Notes: a model not told the origin generated them from the letters alone. 64,000 nucleotides of DNA from Promethearchaeota archaeon (GCA_019058295.1 JAHPZI010000022.1:1-64000), one strand, 5' to 3'. Shown: positions 20,186 through 30,777, counted from the first letter of the stretch. A program made the numbers and translations.

Positions 20186-21208
20186 TTAATCTTCTTCGTC
20201 CCAACCAAGATCTTTTAAAACTGAATCTAAAGCTTCAGATTCTTCTTCTAAAATAAATTCAGTTTCATATTCTGTAGCTGCAAATTCTGATTCAAAATCT
20301 GGGGGTGCTAGAGCATCAAGAGAAGGTAATTGATCGAGAGGTGGCAATTCTTCCTTTACAGGTTCGGCAACGACTTCTTCTGTAACTACTTCTTGAGAGG
20401 GTGCTTCTTGAGGGGCTTGTTCATCAACATCCATAGGAGTATAATCTTCAAGTGGAACAGGTGGAACCTCATCTTTATATAATTTAAATTCACTTTTAGT
20501 ATCTTGGTCAATTTCATCAAGAGTTGCTTCAGGGATGGATATAGTTTCAGTATCGTTTTGAGATTTAACCATCATCGATTTGGGAATAGAAACAATATTA
20601 TTAGTTTCTAATTCTTCTACATCCTCAATACCCATTGCTTCCTTTTCTTCTTCATCCCAATCGTCCAAATAGTTTAATAATTCGTCCATGGCTGCTTTAT
20701 CTTCGGCGACAGAAGGTATAACATTTGAAACTTCTTGAGCTTCTTCCTCTACTCTTTTTTGTTCTATTTTTTGTAATTCTTCTTCTTGTTGTAAGAGTGA
20801 AACTTCACTAATTTCGCCTCCAGAAATTAAAATATTCAGTTTTTTTGTCAATTCTCGGAGATACCCTAAATAATATCCTATACGATAAGCGGCACTCAAA
20901 CCGCCAAATACAATATAGTTCTCGTTAATTGCCATTAAAATACTATAACCCGCAGCGTTATGTAAAAGGATTTCCTTCAATGAACCATGTTGAGTAGCGT
21001 CTGAAAGCCTTACTCCTAAATCTATTAATGCCGTACTTGAGGCAGATGTTGTATCAGCATCTAATTCGAATGAAGTGGCTGACGCGACCTTCAACCCTAC
21101 CGTAGAGAGGACTATTAAATTATCTAAATCTGTTTTGGCTTCCTCTATTTTTAAAGCAGTCATCAATTTCTCTCTAACAGCATCCGATAATTCTTCTGAT
21201 ACGGCCAT
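20186..21208 (-). CDS. roadblock/LC7 domain protein with long acidic, Pro-rich disordered tail
   Basis: IVLSTVGLKVAS...SASSTALI.LG..L......GSLKEILL....GYSIL roadblock pattern; E/D/P-rich C-terminal 200 aa. Confidence 0.8.
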   Translation of the reverse strand: MAVSEELSDAVREKLMTALKIEEAKTDLDNLIVLSTVGLKVASATSFELDADTTSASSTALIDLGVRLSDATQHGSLKEILLHNAAGYSILMAINENYIVFGGLSAAYRIGYYLGYLRELTKKLNILISGGEISEVSLLQQEEELQKIEQKRVEEEAQEVSNVIPSVAEDKAAMDELLNYLDDWDEEEKEAMGIEDVEELETNNIVSIPKSMMVKSQNDTETISIPEATLDEIDQDTKSEFKLYKDEVPPVPLEDYTPMDVDEQAPQEAPSQEVVTEEVVAEPVKEELPPLDQLPSLDALAPPDFESEFAATEYETEFILEEESEALDSVLKDLGWDEED

Positions 21209-21299
21209 TTATTTTCACTCGAATGATTTCTGTTGATATTATTTTGATAAAAAATCACTTATTATGTCAAATATGACAATCATTCTTAATATATTTACT

Positions 21300-22019
21300 T
21301 TATTTAATAAATTCTTTTATACTCATTTGATTTTGTGGTGGTTTTACAATCTTTTTAAAATAATAACCCGATAAATCAACAATAATTTCTTCTATTTCTT
21401 TTAAAACTTCTTCCGCAGTCAAATTTTCAGTGTTAACAATAAAAATTTTGTCCTTTTCCTTTTTCTGTAGAAGAAATTGATTATAAAAAGAAATAATTTT
21501 CAATAAATATTCCTTTTCCTCCTCATTCCACTCTCTCCTGATCTTTTCCAGAGATCCTCTTCGAATTATTCTTTTTAATATTGTATCAGGTTCTGCAGTT
21601 AAGTAAATTATATAATCTTCTCTCCATTTAACTGAATTATACATGTCTAATAATAGTTGATAATCTTTTTCTTTCAAATTTAGACTTTTTGAGTAAATCA
21701 ACACGCAAATTGGAGTCCTGTCTAAAAGAATTATTCTTCCATTGTATTTTTCATCAAATTTTAGAATATTTGTATTTCTTTTTGTTAGTTGTTGGAGGAA
21801 GTGAAATTCACTTCTAAATGCGATTTGCTTATCATGGGAACCAAAAGGGAAAGGGGGTATTTTTTTATATCTCTCCGGAAAAAACTTAAATTTGGCGTTG
21901 TCTCCAACTTTTTTTTTAAAAAGAGTGTAAATGGTTGTTTTACCAACCCCGTGAGGTCCAGCAATTGAAATTACAATGTTATCTTTAGAACCTTTATTTC
22001 GATAAATATTTTTACTCAA
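21300..22019 (-). CDS. deoxynucleoside/thymidylate kinase-like P-loop protein
   Basis: GPHGVGKTT, LLDRT, IYLTA..DTILKRI.RRG. Confidence 0.8.
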   Translation of the reverse strand: MSKNIYRNKGSKDNIVISIAGPHGVGKTTIYTLFKKKVGDNAKFKFFPERYKKIPPFPFGSHDKQIAFRSEFHFLQQLTKRNTNILKFDEKYNGRIILLDRTPICVLIYSKSLNLKEKDYQLLLDMYNSVKWREDYIIYLTAEPDTILKRIIRRGSLEKIRREWNEEEKEYLLKIISFYNQFLLQKKEKDKIFIVNTENLTAEEVLKEIEEIIVDLSGYYFKKIVKPPQNQMSIKEFIK

Positions 22020-22158
22020 TCTGTATTACTCCAGAAGAATTAAATTTTGTCGGATTAATTAATCGTATTAATTAGAGAAGTGGAAATAAATAATAACACT
22101 AGAGATATTAGATTTTTCGGATTATTAAATTTTTATATTCACAAAATAATTTTTGAAA

Positions 22159-23244
22159 TTATAAGAAATATATCAAGATTATCATCATATTAAAATAAAG
22201 AATACTAGCGATAATTGTATTTAAAATGTTTTTATTTATTTCATAAAGAATACCGAGTAGCAGAAAGACTAAAAAATTTAGAATAAAAAAGATTATCCCT
22301 ATAAAATAAGAAAATAAGATGGATACACCAGAATAAACCAATGCGATAATTAAAATTACTTTTAATTTCCCCGCCACATCTTTTTCATCCTTTTCAAATC
22401 TTTCCTTTAATGTGTTGTGTAAAACGCCTCTAAATACTATTTCTGTTGAGATTGCTTGTAAACTTAGCATTATTAATAATAATATTATCCATAGAAAGCT
22501 AGCTTCTTTAATTGCTTTATTCTCTTGTGCAAGATATTCACTAATATCAAAAAATTTTAAACCAATCTCAATAAGAAAGCTTATAATTAAATCAGATACG
22601 TAATTTATTGCCACTAATGATAATCCTCCCACAATTCCAATAAGAATGGCTAATGCGATTTTCTTTGAATCAGAAGTAAAACCTAATTTTTCACTTTTAT
22701 GTTTATTAGAGTATATATACCATAAAGGATAAATCCCTAGAGCTATACCAGGTATTTGACTTATTAGAATTAAATTAATATTTATTTTCGATGTTGATTC
22801 ACCTAGTTGGGACCATATGAACATAAATAATAATACCTGGACGATGACATATATAAATAGGGATAATATAAAAATATTTAACCCTTCTTTCATATTCCAA
22901 GAATCTTTTTTTATTATTAATTCTTGTTCCGATTTCAGTTTTTTATCTTCAAAAATGAAACCAGGTTTAGATTTTGTTGGTTTTAGGGAGTCTGGGACAG
23001 GTTCTAGAAGAGTATTACATATAGGGCATTGTTCGAGAATAGTGGAAGTTATAATTGATCCGCAACCAGAACATTTACGTGAGATTTCTTCTGATACGGG
23101 GGAAATTTTGTCCCTTTGAAGTTTTTCTACTCTTGGTTTACCCGGGCTAACCAATTTGCCACAATTAGGACAATATGCCTGACCTTCCGTTTTCGCTCCA
23201 CAATATACGCAATATTTTAATTTTTTTTCGTTTTCATTCGACAT
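22159..23244 (-). CDS. double zinc-ribbon + CPBP/Abi (CAAX protease-like) membrane protein, degenerate active site
   Basis: four CxxC pairs at N-terminus; STEIVFRG motif; His motifs not seen. Confidence 0.75.
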   Translation of the reverse strand: MSNENEKKLKYCVYCGAKTEGQAYCPNCGKLVSPGKPRVEKLQRDKISPVSEEISRKCSGCGSIITSTILEQCPICNTLLEPVPDSLKPTKSKPGFIFEDKKLKSEQELIIKKDSWNMKEGLNIFILSLFIYVIVQVLLFMFIWSQLGESTSKININLILISQIPGIALGIYPLWYIYSNKHKSEKLGFTSDSKKIALAILIGIVGGLSLVAINYVSDLIISFLIEIGLKFFDISEYLAQENKAIKEASFLWIILLLIMLSLQAISTEIVFRGVLHNTLKERFEKDEKDVAGKLKVILIIALVYSGVSILFSYFIGIIFFILNFLVFLLLGILYEINKNILNTIIASILYFNMMIILIYFL

Positions 23245-23312
23245 TATTTAAAAATAATCAACATAACTCTCTTTTGTTAATTATATTAATTTCAGAATTA
23301 TATAATTTTTGA

Positions 23313-24584
23313 TTATATGTCTTTAATCTTTTTTTTTAAACTTTTTTTAGTTATTGAGTAAATTTCCATGAAAAGTAACCCTTGATAATATGAAATTGAA
23401 TCAAAATATCCCTCACCTTCTTCTATACCAGCTTGGACTAACGCTAATTGAGCATTAAGAGCCGATCTCATTAATAATTCCAGTCCATTATATATTAAAT
23501 TAGGACTCCACATTCCGTGGATTGAATTCGACCACCACAATGGACAACTATATAATCCTCTATCATAAAAATATCTCGCTGTTTGATAATAGTTTGAGAC
23601 CTCCCAATTCTTGGTAAGATCTAGTTTATCTGCTAATTCCATTAAATTATTTAAGCTCTTCAAAATTTTCCAGTAAAATTTATGAATATTATTTTCAGGA
23701 TGGTTCCAAAGAGGGTAAGGAACTTTATCTTCGAGATCTTTGGGAGATGTACTCCAACTTGAATCTTTTGGATTTATTCTTTTATTATTGATCGGAAAAT
23801 AGTTTTCTAATTCAGAAATAAAAACAATCTTTATACCATCATCCTTTTCGATTAGGTTTAGCGCTTTTCCTAAAAATGTTTTTTCATATTGCTTTATGTG
23901 CCAGCCGAATGTCTCACCGTCCATCGCTGTGAGCAGATATCTGTCAATTTCCTTAGTTTTATCCATTTTAGAGTTTTTCTCTGGTAGGAAAATCTCCTTA
24001 ATACTTATTAAAAATTCTTTAACTTTAATTTTCTTAAAGGAAATTTTATTACTAAGTATGTCGTCGCGAAAAAACAGTTGAAGGCCATTCGGCGAACAAT
24101 AAATCTTATCATAAGGCCAATCTTCTGGACATGCAATCCCGCTCATTACGACCCATTTATAACCTAGCTCATGAATAATTGGTAAAACTTTTCGGGAAAT
24201 TGCCAATTCAGGTGGAAAAAATCCATTTCGCTGCCAAATATTGCCAAATTCTTTTCTATTAATTTCTTCATTCATACCTATCTGATGATAGACTTCCTTT
24301 TTCGGAATTAGTGGCAAAATTGGATGATATTTTGCGGTTCCTACAATCTCAATCTTATTTTCTGAAACGAGATTTCTAAGAAAATCCATGGTATCGCCTA
24401 ATCCATATTCATAGAGGAGTTCAATTAGAATTCCATTAATGTTTAAAGTGAATTTGGAATTATCATGCTCATCTATCATTGAAAAAAGTGGTTTATAGCA
24501 CTCTTTATCAATCTTTTTCAAGATCTCTATTTCTTGGGTTGGCGGCTGATAAATATGAAGTAAAGGTGCCCAATAGACTGTCAT
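23313..24584 (-). CDS. glycoside hydrolase family 57 protein
   Basis: HIYQP, HPILPL, GFFPPELA, AMDGETFGWH, SSW. Confidence 0.9.
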   Translation of the reverse strand: MTVYWAPLLHIYQPPTQEIEILKKIDKECYKPLFSMIDEHDNSKFTLNINGILIELLYEYGLGDTMDFLRNLVSENKIEIVGTAKYHPILPLIPKKEVYHQIGMNEEINRKEFGNIWQRNGFFPPELAISRKVLPIIHELGYKWVVMSGIACPEDWPYDKIYCSPNGLQLFFRDDILSNKISFKKIKVKEFLISIKEIFLPEKNSKMDKTKEIDRYLLTAMDGETFGWHIKQYEKTFLGKALNLIEKDDGIKIVFISELENYFPINNKRINPKDSSWSTSPKDLEDKVPYPLWNHPENNIHKFYWKILKSLNNLMELADKLDLTKNWEVSNYYQTARYFYDRGLYSCPLWWSNSIHGMWSPNLIYNGLELLMRSALNAQLALVQAGIEEGEGYFDSISYYQGLLFMEIYSITKKSLKKKIKDI

Positions 24585-24619
24585 TATTAGTATTTTCTTG
24601 AAATATTATAATTAAAAGC

Positions 24620-25009
24620 CTATTCTTTATCAAAAAATTTTTTTATGATTAGATCCAATTCACCATTCAGCCAGCATAATTCGGCATAGGACAAATTATT
24701 ATGAAATATCACATCTGCCTTTTCGCTAGTATCCCTTATAGAAAGTGGAGTTCCCATTTTATAAGTCTTTTTTAATATTTTTTCGGCTAATAACCAACAG
24801 AGATCGTTATATGATAAACCTGCCTGACTAATAAAATAAGCAGCAACTTGAACTTGCTCGTGGAAATCATCTTCTAATTCTCTTTCATCTAGATCTTCAG
24901 CTAGTTTTTCAATTTCATCAATTTTTTTTTGTGTTTCTTCCTTCTCTTTTTCAAGAGGGGTTTCTCTGTATGTTAACAATTGTTCTAACCATTTTTCTAT
25001 ATTCGACAT
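24620..25009 (-). CDS. hypothetical protein with duplicated LSYxxLCWL helical motif (DUF2934-like)
   Basis: AAYFISQAGLSYNDLCWLLAE and ADVIFHNNLSYAELCWLNGE. Confidence 0.65.
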   Translation of the reverse strand: MSNIEKWLEQLLTYRETPLEKEKEETQKKIDEIEKLAEDLDERELEDDFHEQVQVAAYFISQAGLSYNDLCWLLAEKILKKTYKMGTPLSIRDTSEKADVIFHNNLSYAELCWLNGELDLIIKKFFDKE

Positions 25010-25064
25010 TTAATCATCAATAATATTATTTAATTTATAATACAAAAAACTTGATTTTTAGATT

Positions 25065-26177
25065 TTATTTCTCAATTATTGTTTCTTTAATAGCAGTGCC
25101 AAAATGAGTCGCTCCAGGTCCTATATGGACTAAAATTTCATCTCCAACTTTTATATCAACAACTGATTTAGCATTTCCATTGGCATCGACTAATCTAATA
25201 GTTTCAGCATTTTGACATATGCAACTTAATGGAACTGTTTTATCTCCCCTTGATGCTTCTAATTCAAATCGCAACATTGGTCTAGTCTCGATCTTTACAC
25301 GTCCAATTGAAACAATTCGCGCTTCTCCTTTATTGGTCACTGCTAATACCTTCTTCCCTCCCTTTAATTCGCTCAAATAATTAGTACGATATATCTTATC
25401 AGGATCATTATTAGGGACTAAAATGTATGCAGAGACATCTCCGGCATTTACCCGAAATGGGCGAGATGCTACAAATTGAGTTTCAAATACTTCGGCATGA
25501 ACTAAGGCGAATCCCATTGCTGTACTCCCTATTAGCATCCCTTCTCCTGGTCGTAATAAAGATGCGGTATCTATACACACTCGTTCTGCTTCAGGGATAT
25601 TGTCGATTTTAATCACTTTAGCTTCTGTTAATTCTATGGTAAAGGTTTCAAACATAAGATTTTTAAGATCTACTAAATCATTTGCATCTTTAGGCGTCAT
25701 TAGTATGCCATCGACCCCAATCTCTAATGTTTTTAGCATCAATTCTGCTTCTTTTATATCCTCTACTTCTGCGATAAGGTCAGTTTCGTTATTATGCATT
25801 TCTGCGATAAGATTTTCAAAAGGAATGATTTTCCAATCTTTTGCAGATGCTATTATAAAGTCAACATTTCCTGTTTTTGAAAGCTCTATTATTTCTCTCT
25901 CATCATCTTTTGATTTAAGTTCAATATGAAAGCCTAAATTTCCCTTAAGATCTCCCTTCGCTATAGCTTGCATTAAAATATCCTTATCAGTATATATACG
26001 TAAATCGGGAGATATGTCTAAATCTTTGGAATAAATCTTGACACGTTCAATATTCTTAAATTCTGAATGCGTTTCTTTAGAAACTAAGAAATTTAAGATA
26101 TCTTTATTAAATGCTTCTTGCACTAATTCTTTAAAATCGCTGCCTTTATTCTCGAAATTTAATATTATTTTTTTCAT
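25065..26177 (-). CDS. aroB': 3-dehydroquinate synthase II (archaeal type)
   Basis: DWKIIPFENLIAE, RVCIDT, RPFRVNAG, T.YLSEL, KIE.RP, QNAETIRL. Confidence 0.93.
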   Translation of the reverse strand: MKKIILNFENKGSDFKELVQEAFNKDILNFLVSKETHSEFKNIERVKIYSKDLDISPDLRIYTDKDILMQAIAKGDLKGNLGFHIELKSKDDEREIIELSKTGNVDFIIASAKDWKIIPFENLIAEMHNNETDLIAEVEDIKEAELMLKTLEIGVDGILMTPKDANDLVDLKNLMFETFTIELTEAKVIKIDNIPEAERVCIDTASLLRPGEGMLIGSTAMGFALVHAEVFETQFVASRPFRVNAGDVSAYILVPNNDPDKIYRTNYLSELKGGKKVLAVTNKGEARIVSIGRVKIETRPMLRFELEASRGDKTVPLSCICQNAETIRLVDANGNAKSVVDIKVGDEILVHIGPGATHFGTAIKETIIEK

Positions 26178-26362
26178 ATCACTATTTTTTTCATATCAAA
26201 ATTGGTCTATACAACATTTATTTATTAAGATTTATTTGTTTTTCTAAATTAAAATGTTAATGCTTCAAAATAAATTTTTAAGGTAAAAAAATCATATTTA
26301 ATATAAAATTAATAAAGATTATTATAATTTTAAATCCCAAAAAAACAGAGACGATGTAAAAA

Positions 26363-27019
26363 ATGGGAAAATTAGGTAAAAAACTGTTCCCCAGGAAAGG
26401 CGGAAGTCAAGATAAATTAATTACAACAGTAAAACGTTATACTCGACAATTAGGACTTCGAGCTAAAGCTCATCAGAAAAGAGCAGAAGTAGCCCGCCAA
26501 AACGCGAAAATAGCATTACAGAGAGGAGAAAAAGCACGTGCAAAAAATTATCTTATTCAATACAAAAACTATCAAATAAAAGTAGATAGAGCAACTAACA
26601 TAAGAGCTAAATTCGAAAGACAAATTGAAGCTATAGAAGAAGGTTCAGCAATCGCACAATCAGGAAATTTTATGGCTCAAATGCGTGATGAGCTAAAAAC
26701 AATAGCAACTAAGGCATCCCCCGTAAAAATTGCAGAAGTTGCTGAAGATTCTGAATTATATGTCTCCGAAATTGAGGAAGCAGGAGATATCCTCGCGGGA
26801 GATCCAGAAATAGATTTAGGTATTGATGTAACATCAGAATTAAACCAACTTGAAACCGAAATATTGCTTGATGCTAGCGGATCGATGCCAACGGTACCTA
26901 CTGGAGGAGAAATGCCCCAATATATTTCGGACGTCGATCTCGATTTCGAAGCTGAGGAAGCCACTTCAAAGGCTAAACTTGAGGAAGAGATAGAAAAATT
27001 GAGGAAGGAACTAGAATAA
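26363..27019 (+). CDS. Snf7/ESCRT-III family protein (Vps20/32/60-like)
   Basis: basic N-terminal helices (AKIALQRGEKARAKNYL), acidic C-terminal half, terminal LEEEIEKLRKELE helix. Confidence 0.8.
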   Translation: MGKLGKKLFPRKGGSQDKLITTVKRYTRQLGLRAKAHQKRAEVARQNAKIALQRGEKARAKNYLIQYKNYQIKVDRATNIRAKFERQIEAIEEGSAIAQSGNFMAQMRDELKTIATKASPVKIAEVAEDSELYVSEIEEAGDILAGDPEIDLGIDVTSELNQLETEILLDASGSMPTVPTGGEMPQYISDVDLDFEAEEATSKAKLEEEIEKLRKELE

Positions 27020-27075
27020 TAAAATAATATCTTCTTTTTTAAAAAATTTAAATTTAGTTGGCGAAAAATATACTT

Positions 27076-28098
27076 CTATTTAATTTCCTGTAAAGCCTTA
27101 ACCATATTACTTAATTTTCCTAGAGCAATTTTATATCCATTTGCTTCTCCAAACGTTTTAAGTAAAGGGCCAAATCCACAATCGGGTTTAATAACTAAAT
27201 TCTCCTTGCCGTATAAATCAATTGCTTTTTTTATATATTTTTTAAGAAAATCAATTTTCTCCACATAGTCCTCTATTTCACCATTTTTCATGGGAGCTAC
27301 TTTAGTTTTTACTGTACCTATAGCTAAATATTTATCAGTATTCTCGAAATGTTTTTTTTCAAATATTCTAAAGTTACTTTCATTATCAATGAACTCGTGG
27401 TCCATCACCTTTACATCAGTTTGTAAAAGTAAATCACGTAATTTTGGACTGATTTTGCCACAACAATGCACAGATGATAAGTCTTTTATCCCAGAGAGAG
27501 CCTTATTAAGTGTTTCCACAATAAAATCTTCTGTGTGGAACCAAACCTTTCTTCCTACTAGAAGTCCTAATATTGGTTCGTCCATAGAAATGATATTTAT
27601 ACCCATATCGCTATATGCTTTTCCTATTTTCTTCATAATCTCAGCTAATTTATCTACAATCCATCCTTCCATTATTGCTCTTGCTTCTTTAAAAATCACA
27701 GGATTTATTCCTTCAGCAAGCTTATCTTTTAAAATGATTTCACTAGCTAAAGTAAAGGGGCCTGTTAAACATGCTTTGGTACCTTTTATTAGACTTTTAA
27801 GCCCAGGATTTTCATTCAGAAAATCAACCATAAATTGTCCATATTCTAAAGCAATAGGCTTATCTGGAATCTTAAAATCATCATTTAAAAAGAACTTTTC
27901 ATCAATTTCATCTAATGGGTCAATGATTTTAGCTAAGGGTGATAAGAATTGATAATTCATTCCAATAAGTTGAGGATAGCATGGGTAATCAATTCCAATA
28001 TTAATCTCATCATTGAATGCTTTTTTCATGTTTTCCTCAGTATTACTTAAGGGAAAGCTGCCAACTACTGTAGTAAACAATCCTTCTTTTTTTACCAT
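27076..28098 (-). CDS. methionine synthase-like protein (MetE C-terminal/URO-D fold)
   Basis: TTVVGSFP, TGPFTL, DEP, HCC, KPDCGF Zn ligands. Confidence 0.85.
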   Translation of the reverse strand: MVKKEGLFTTVVGSFPLSNTEENMKKAFNDEINIGIDYPCYPQLIGMNYQFLSPLAKIIDPLDEIDEKFFLNDDFKIPDKPIALEYGQFMVDFLNENPGLKSLIKGTKACLTGPFTLASEIILKDKLAEGINPVIFKEARAIMEGWIVDKLAEIMKKIGKAYSDMGINIISMDEPILGLLVGRKVWFHTEDFIVETLNKALSGIKDLSSVHCCGKISPKLRDLLLQTDVKVMDHEFIDNESNFRIFEKKHFENTDKYLAIGTVKTKVAPMKNGEIEDYVEKIDFLKKYIKKAIDLYGKENLVIKPDCGFGPLLKTFGEANGYKIALGKLSNMVKALQEIK

Positions 28099-28187
28099 AA
28101 AAATAAATAAGTAATAATAATTTTTAAAACTCGTAGAAAAAAATAAAATACAGAAGTGTGTATTGCTTTTTTAAAATAAATTGTCTT

Positions 28188-30155
28188 TTAAGAATAATAT
28201 CCTTTTTTATTGAATCTTCTTCTTAAAGACTTATCATTTTTAACCTTGTTAGTTAAAGATTTGATTTTCTTTTCAATTAAGTAAACTTCTTTTTGTAGAT
28301 TTTTGAATGTCTTGAAATACATTGCTTGATCAATAATACCTTCATTGAATTTGGCATCAAGTTTTTTTATTGTTTCCTTTAGACTAAATCTTTCCTTTTT
28401 GAGGTCGATCAACTTATTATAAAGCTTTTTATCAAATTCAAATAAATGGTCGTCATCGTATAAGATGTTGTCTATTGGAGGTTCTTCATGGTTAAATAGC
28501 CCATACAAATGATTTTTATGAAAATCATTAAATGAATGATTAATATTTCCGGGGAAGGGTGGATTAAAATCCCGATAATTATCTCTTTCGTTGAATAAGT
28601 CCCCTGATAATCCATAATTAGGATGTGGAAATTGTTGATCAAACTTTTGGGCTTTTTTTAATCTTTTCATCAAGATATTTCTTTCATCAACGTCGCGAAA
28701 TCTTCCATTATATTGATGATTATCCATAGGTCGGAAATTCTGATGCATGTAAGGGTTATAGATATTTCTATAATAATTATGATCTTCTGGATTTGGCGAT
28801 TGAGAATTAATATCACTAAATAAAATTGATTCTTCGTTTGGGTCATTCATAGAATAGTTGTTATATCCTTTTTGAGCCCAATATTGCGGATAATTTAGAG
28901 GATTGTTGAAATAAACTTCATCTTCTTTATTTTTATTGTTAATAATATCTTGATTTATTTGACATTTTATACTAAAAAATGAATGGATGCTTTCTTCAAT
29001 ATATCTTACTAAATCGCTCAAATCTAAATCCATTTCATGAAGTTGTTTTGCTGAAGCATGATCGTATATATCATTTTCTTTAAATGCTCTTGCTAAAAGA
29101 ATATATTCCATTATTTTTGAAACCATATTCGACGGAAATGAAAATTCATATTTTCCGTAATCGAATTGTAAAAATAATTTTCTGAATAATTTTCCTTTAT
29201 CCTTAATTTTAATTAAATCATCAATAGGAGCTTTAAAAATTAAGTCTTTTCTTTTTTTAATAAAACCAGATTCATGTACAAAAGATAAATCAAAGTTGGT
29301 AATAAATAAAATCCCTTTACTTTTCCTTAATCTTTTTTGAGGATCTAATCCATTCATAAGTGTGGTATTAACTGCATAAATTGGCTTCTCTTTCTCTGCT
29401 AAATTTAGAAATTGCTGGTTAGGTAAAAAGATCTTAGTTATCTTATCAATGAATTGTAAATTTTTTTGGAAATACTCTAGTTTTTCATCAATTTCTTTTA
29501 TATTTTTATTAACGAAATTATTAATAGAATCCTGATTTTGAGATACACTTTCTAAAATATTCTCTATTATCCTTATATTTGAATTAGGCTGATTATAAAT
29601 ATCAAAAAAATATTGCTTATTCAGTGCTAAATGACGGAAGTGTGCTTTGATTTTTTCTAGTAAATTCTCTTTTATATAGACAATTTGATTAAAAATAGCT
29701 AACAAATCTGATTCCATTTTGGGATAATGAAAACATCTTATTGGAGGACTCCTCGCATTTTTTATCTTATGTCTTATTAAATATAATTTGTTAATTATAT
29801 CCTTGTCTGGTATAAACGAGCGAGATAATTTAATTAATTCCAAAAATTTCTGTTCGAGTTCTTCTTTTTTTTCGTAAATATTAAGAACGTTATGAGAATG
29901 ACACTTTGGGCAGGATTTAAAATGTTGAGTAATTTTATGCACGTTTTCCTTTCCGCATTCTTTACATACTTTTTTTTCCTCTTTCTCGTTATAAGTAATC
30001 TCCTTAGAATTGCAATCTTGGCATATAAAATCGTCTATGAAATCGTCGCGCAAACAGTCAGAACAACATGATATACCACAATCTTCGCAATAAAATAAAA
30101 CATTCATTTCTCTATTACAAAATCGGCACAATTGCTTACTTTTTTGGACTGACAT
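28188..30155 (-). CDS. Zn-finger / coiled-coil / PH(GRAM)-like / low-complexity / steadiness-box (Vps23-like) multidomain protein
   Basis: six N-terminal CxxC pairs; GILFITN..L.F PH-like block; C-terminal SLKETIKKLDAKFNEGIIDQAMYFKTFKNLQKE resembles the ESCRT-I SB helical hairpin. Confidence 0.65.
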   Translation of the reverse strand: MSVQKSKQLCRFCNREMNVLFYCEDCGISCCSDCLRDDFIDDFICQDCNSKEITYNEKEEKKVCKECGKENVHKITQHFKSCPKCHSHNVLNIYEKKEELEQKFLELIKLSRSFIPDKDIINKLYLIRHKIKNARSPPIRCFHYPKMESDLLAIFNQIVYIKENLLEKIKAHFRHLALNKQYFFDIYNQPNSNIRIIENILESVSQNQDSINNFVNKNIKEIDEKLEYFQKNLQFIDKITKIFLPNQQFLNLAEKEKPIYAVNTTLMNGLDPQKRLRKSKGILFITNFDLSFVHESGFIKKRKDLIFKAPIDDLIKIKDKGKLFRKLFLQFDYGKYEFSFPSNMVSKIMEYILLARAFKENDIYDHASAKQLHEMDLDLSDLVRYIEESIHSFFSIKCQINQDIINNKNKEDEVYFNNPLNYPQYWAQKGYNNYSMNDPNEESILFSDINSQSPNPEDHNYYRNIYNPYMHQNFRPMDNHQYNGRFRDVDERNILMKRLKKAQKFDQQFPHPNYGLSGDLFNERDNYRDFNPPFPGNINHSFNDFHKNHLYGLFNHEEPPIDNILYDDDHLFEFDKKLYNKLIDLKKERFSLKETIKKLDAKFNEGIIDQAMYFKTFKNLQKEVYLIEKKIKSLTNKVKNDKSLRRRFNKKGYYS

Positions 30156-30302
30156 TTTAATTTTTAATCCTAACCTAAATTTAATGAGAATTTAGTTTTA
30201 ACAATAAAAGATATAATTTAGTTCAAAAATGAGTATGTTATTTGTGTATTATCTCTGAAATAAAAAAAAATAGATTTTTAAGTGGATTTTCTCTATTAAA
30301 TA

Positions 30303-30390
30303 CGCAAGGGGAGGGATTCGAACCCTCGAATGACATTATATCATTATCGGGATAGCAACCCGACGCACTCGACCACTATGCGACCCCTGC
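30303..30390 (-). tRNA. tRNA-Ser(GCT)
   Basis: anticodon arm TCGGG TTGCTAT CCCGA, long variable arm, G73. Confidence 0.93.
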
Positions 30391-30399
30391 TTATATAAG

Positions 30400-30487
30400 C
30401 GCGACGGGTAGGATTTGAACCTACGGTGGTGTTGAGCCACTCCCACTCTCAAGGCGGGCACAATCAACCGAGCTCTGTCACCGTCGC
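30400..30487 (-). tRNA. tRNA-Ser(TGA)
   Basis: CCCGC CTTGAGA GTGGG, long variable arm, G73. Confidence 0.93.
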
Positions 30488-30499
30488 TTTTTTTATGAA

Positions 30500-30583
30500 T
30501 ACGGGAATGCGGATTTGAACCGCAGAACCTCCTTTGAGGAGTGAAGTTTGAATTCACTGCCTTTACCACTCAGCCATTCCCGC
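30500..30583 (-). tRNA. tRNA-Leu(CAA)
   Basis: GTGAA TTCAAAC TTCAC, long variable arm, A73. Confidence 0.92.
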
Positions 30584-30588
30584 TTTTT

Positions 30589-30672
30589 TACAGGGAGAGG
30601 GACTCGAACCCTCGTAGTTCCTGCGAACCCTGAATCCTAAATCCAGTACCTTTGCCGCTTGGTTATCCCTGC
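30589..30672 (-). tRNA. tRNA-Leu(TAG)
   Basis: CTGGA TTTAGGA TTCAG, long variable arm, A73. Confidence 0.92.
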
Positions 30673-30681
30673 TTAATAGAA

Positions 30682-30767
30682 TACAAGGGGAGGGATTTGA
30701 ACCCTCGTACTCCCTGTGGAGAATAGATCTTAAGTCTATCGCTTTTACCTTTCTTAGCTACCCTTGC
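30682..30767 (-). tRNA. tRNA-Leu(TAA)
   Basis: ATAGA CTTAAGA TCTAT, long variable arm, A73. Confidence 0.93.
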
Positions 30768-30777
30768 TTACTTAAAA

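Noticed and set aside
27290-27952. 220-aa plus-strand ORF and other antisense track ORFs (e.g. 61134-61529, 60248-60571, 25600-25929, 58570-58788)
   Set aside because: Antisense shadows of recognisable genes, with no motifs
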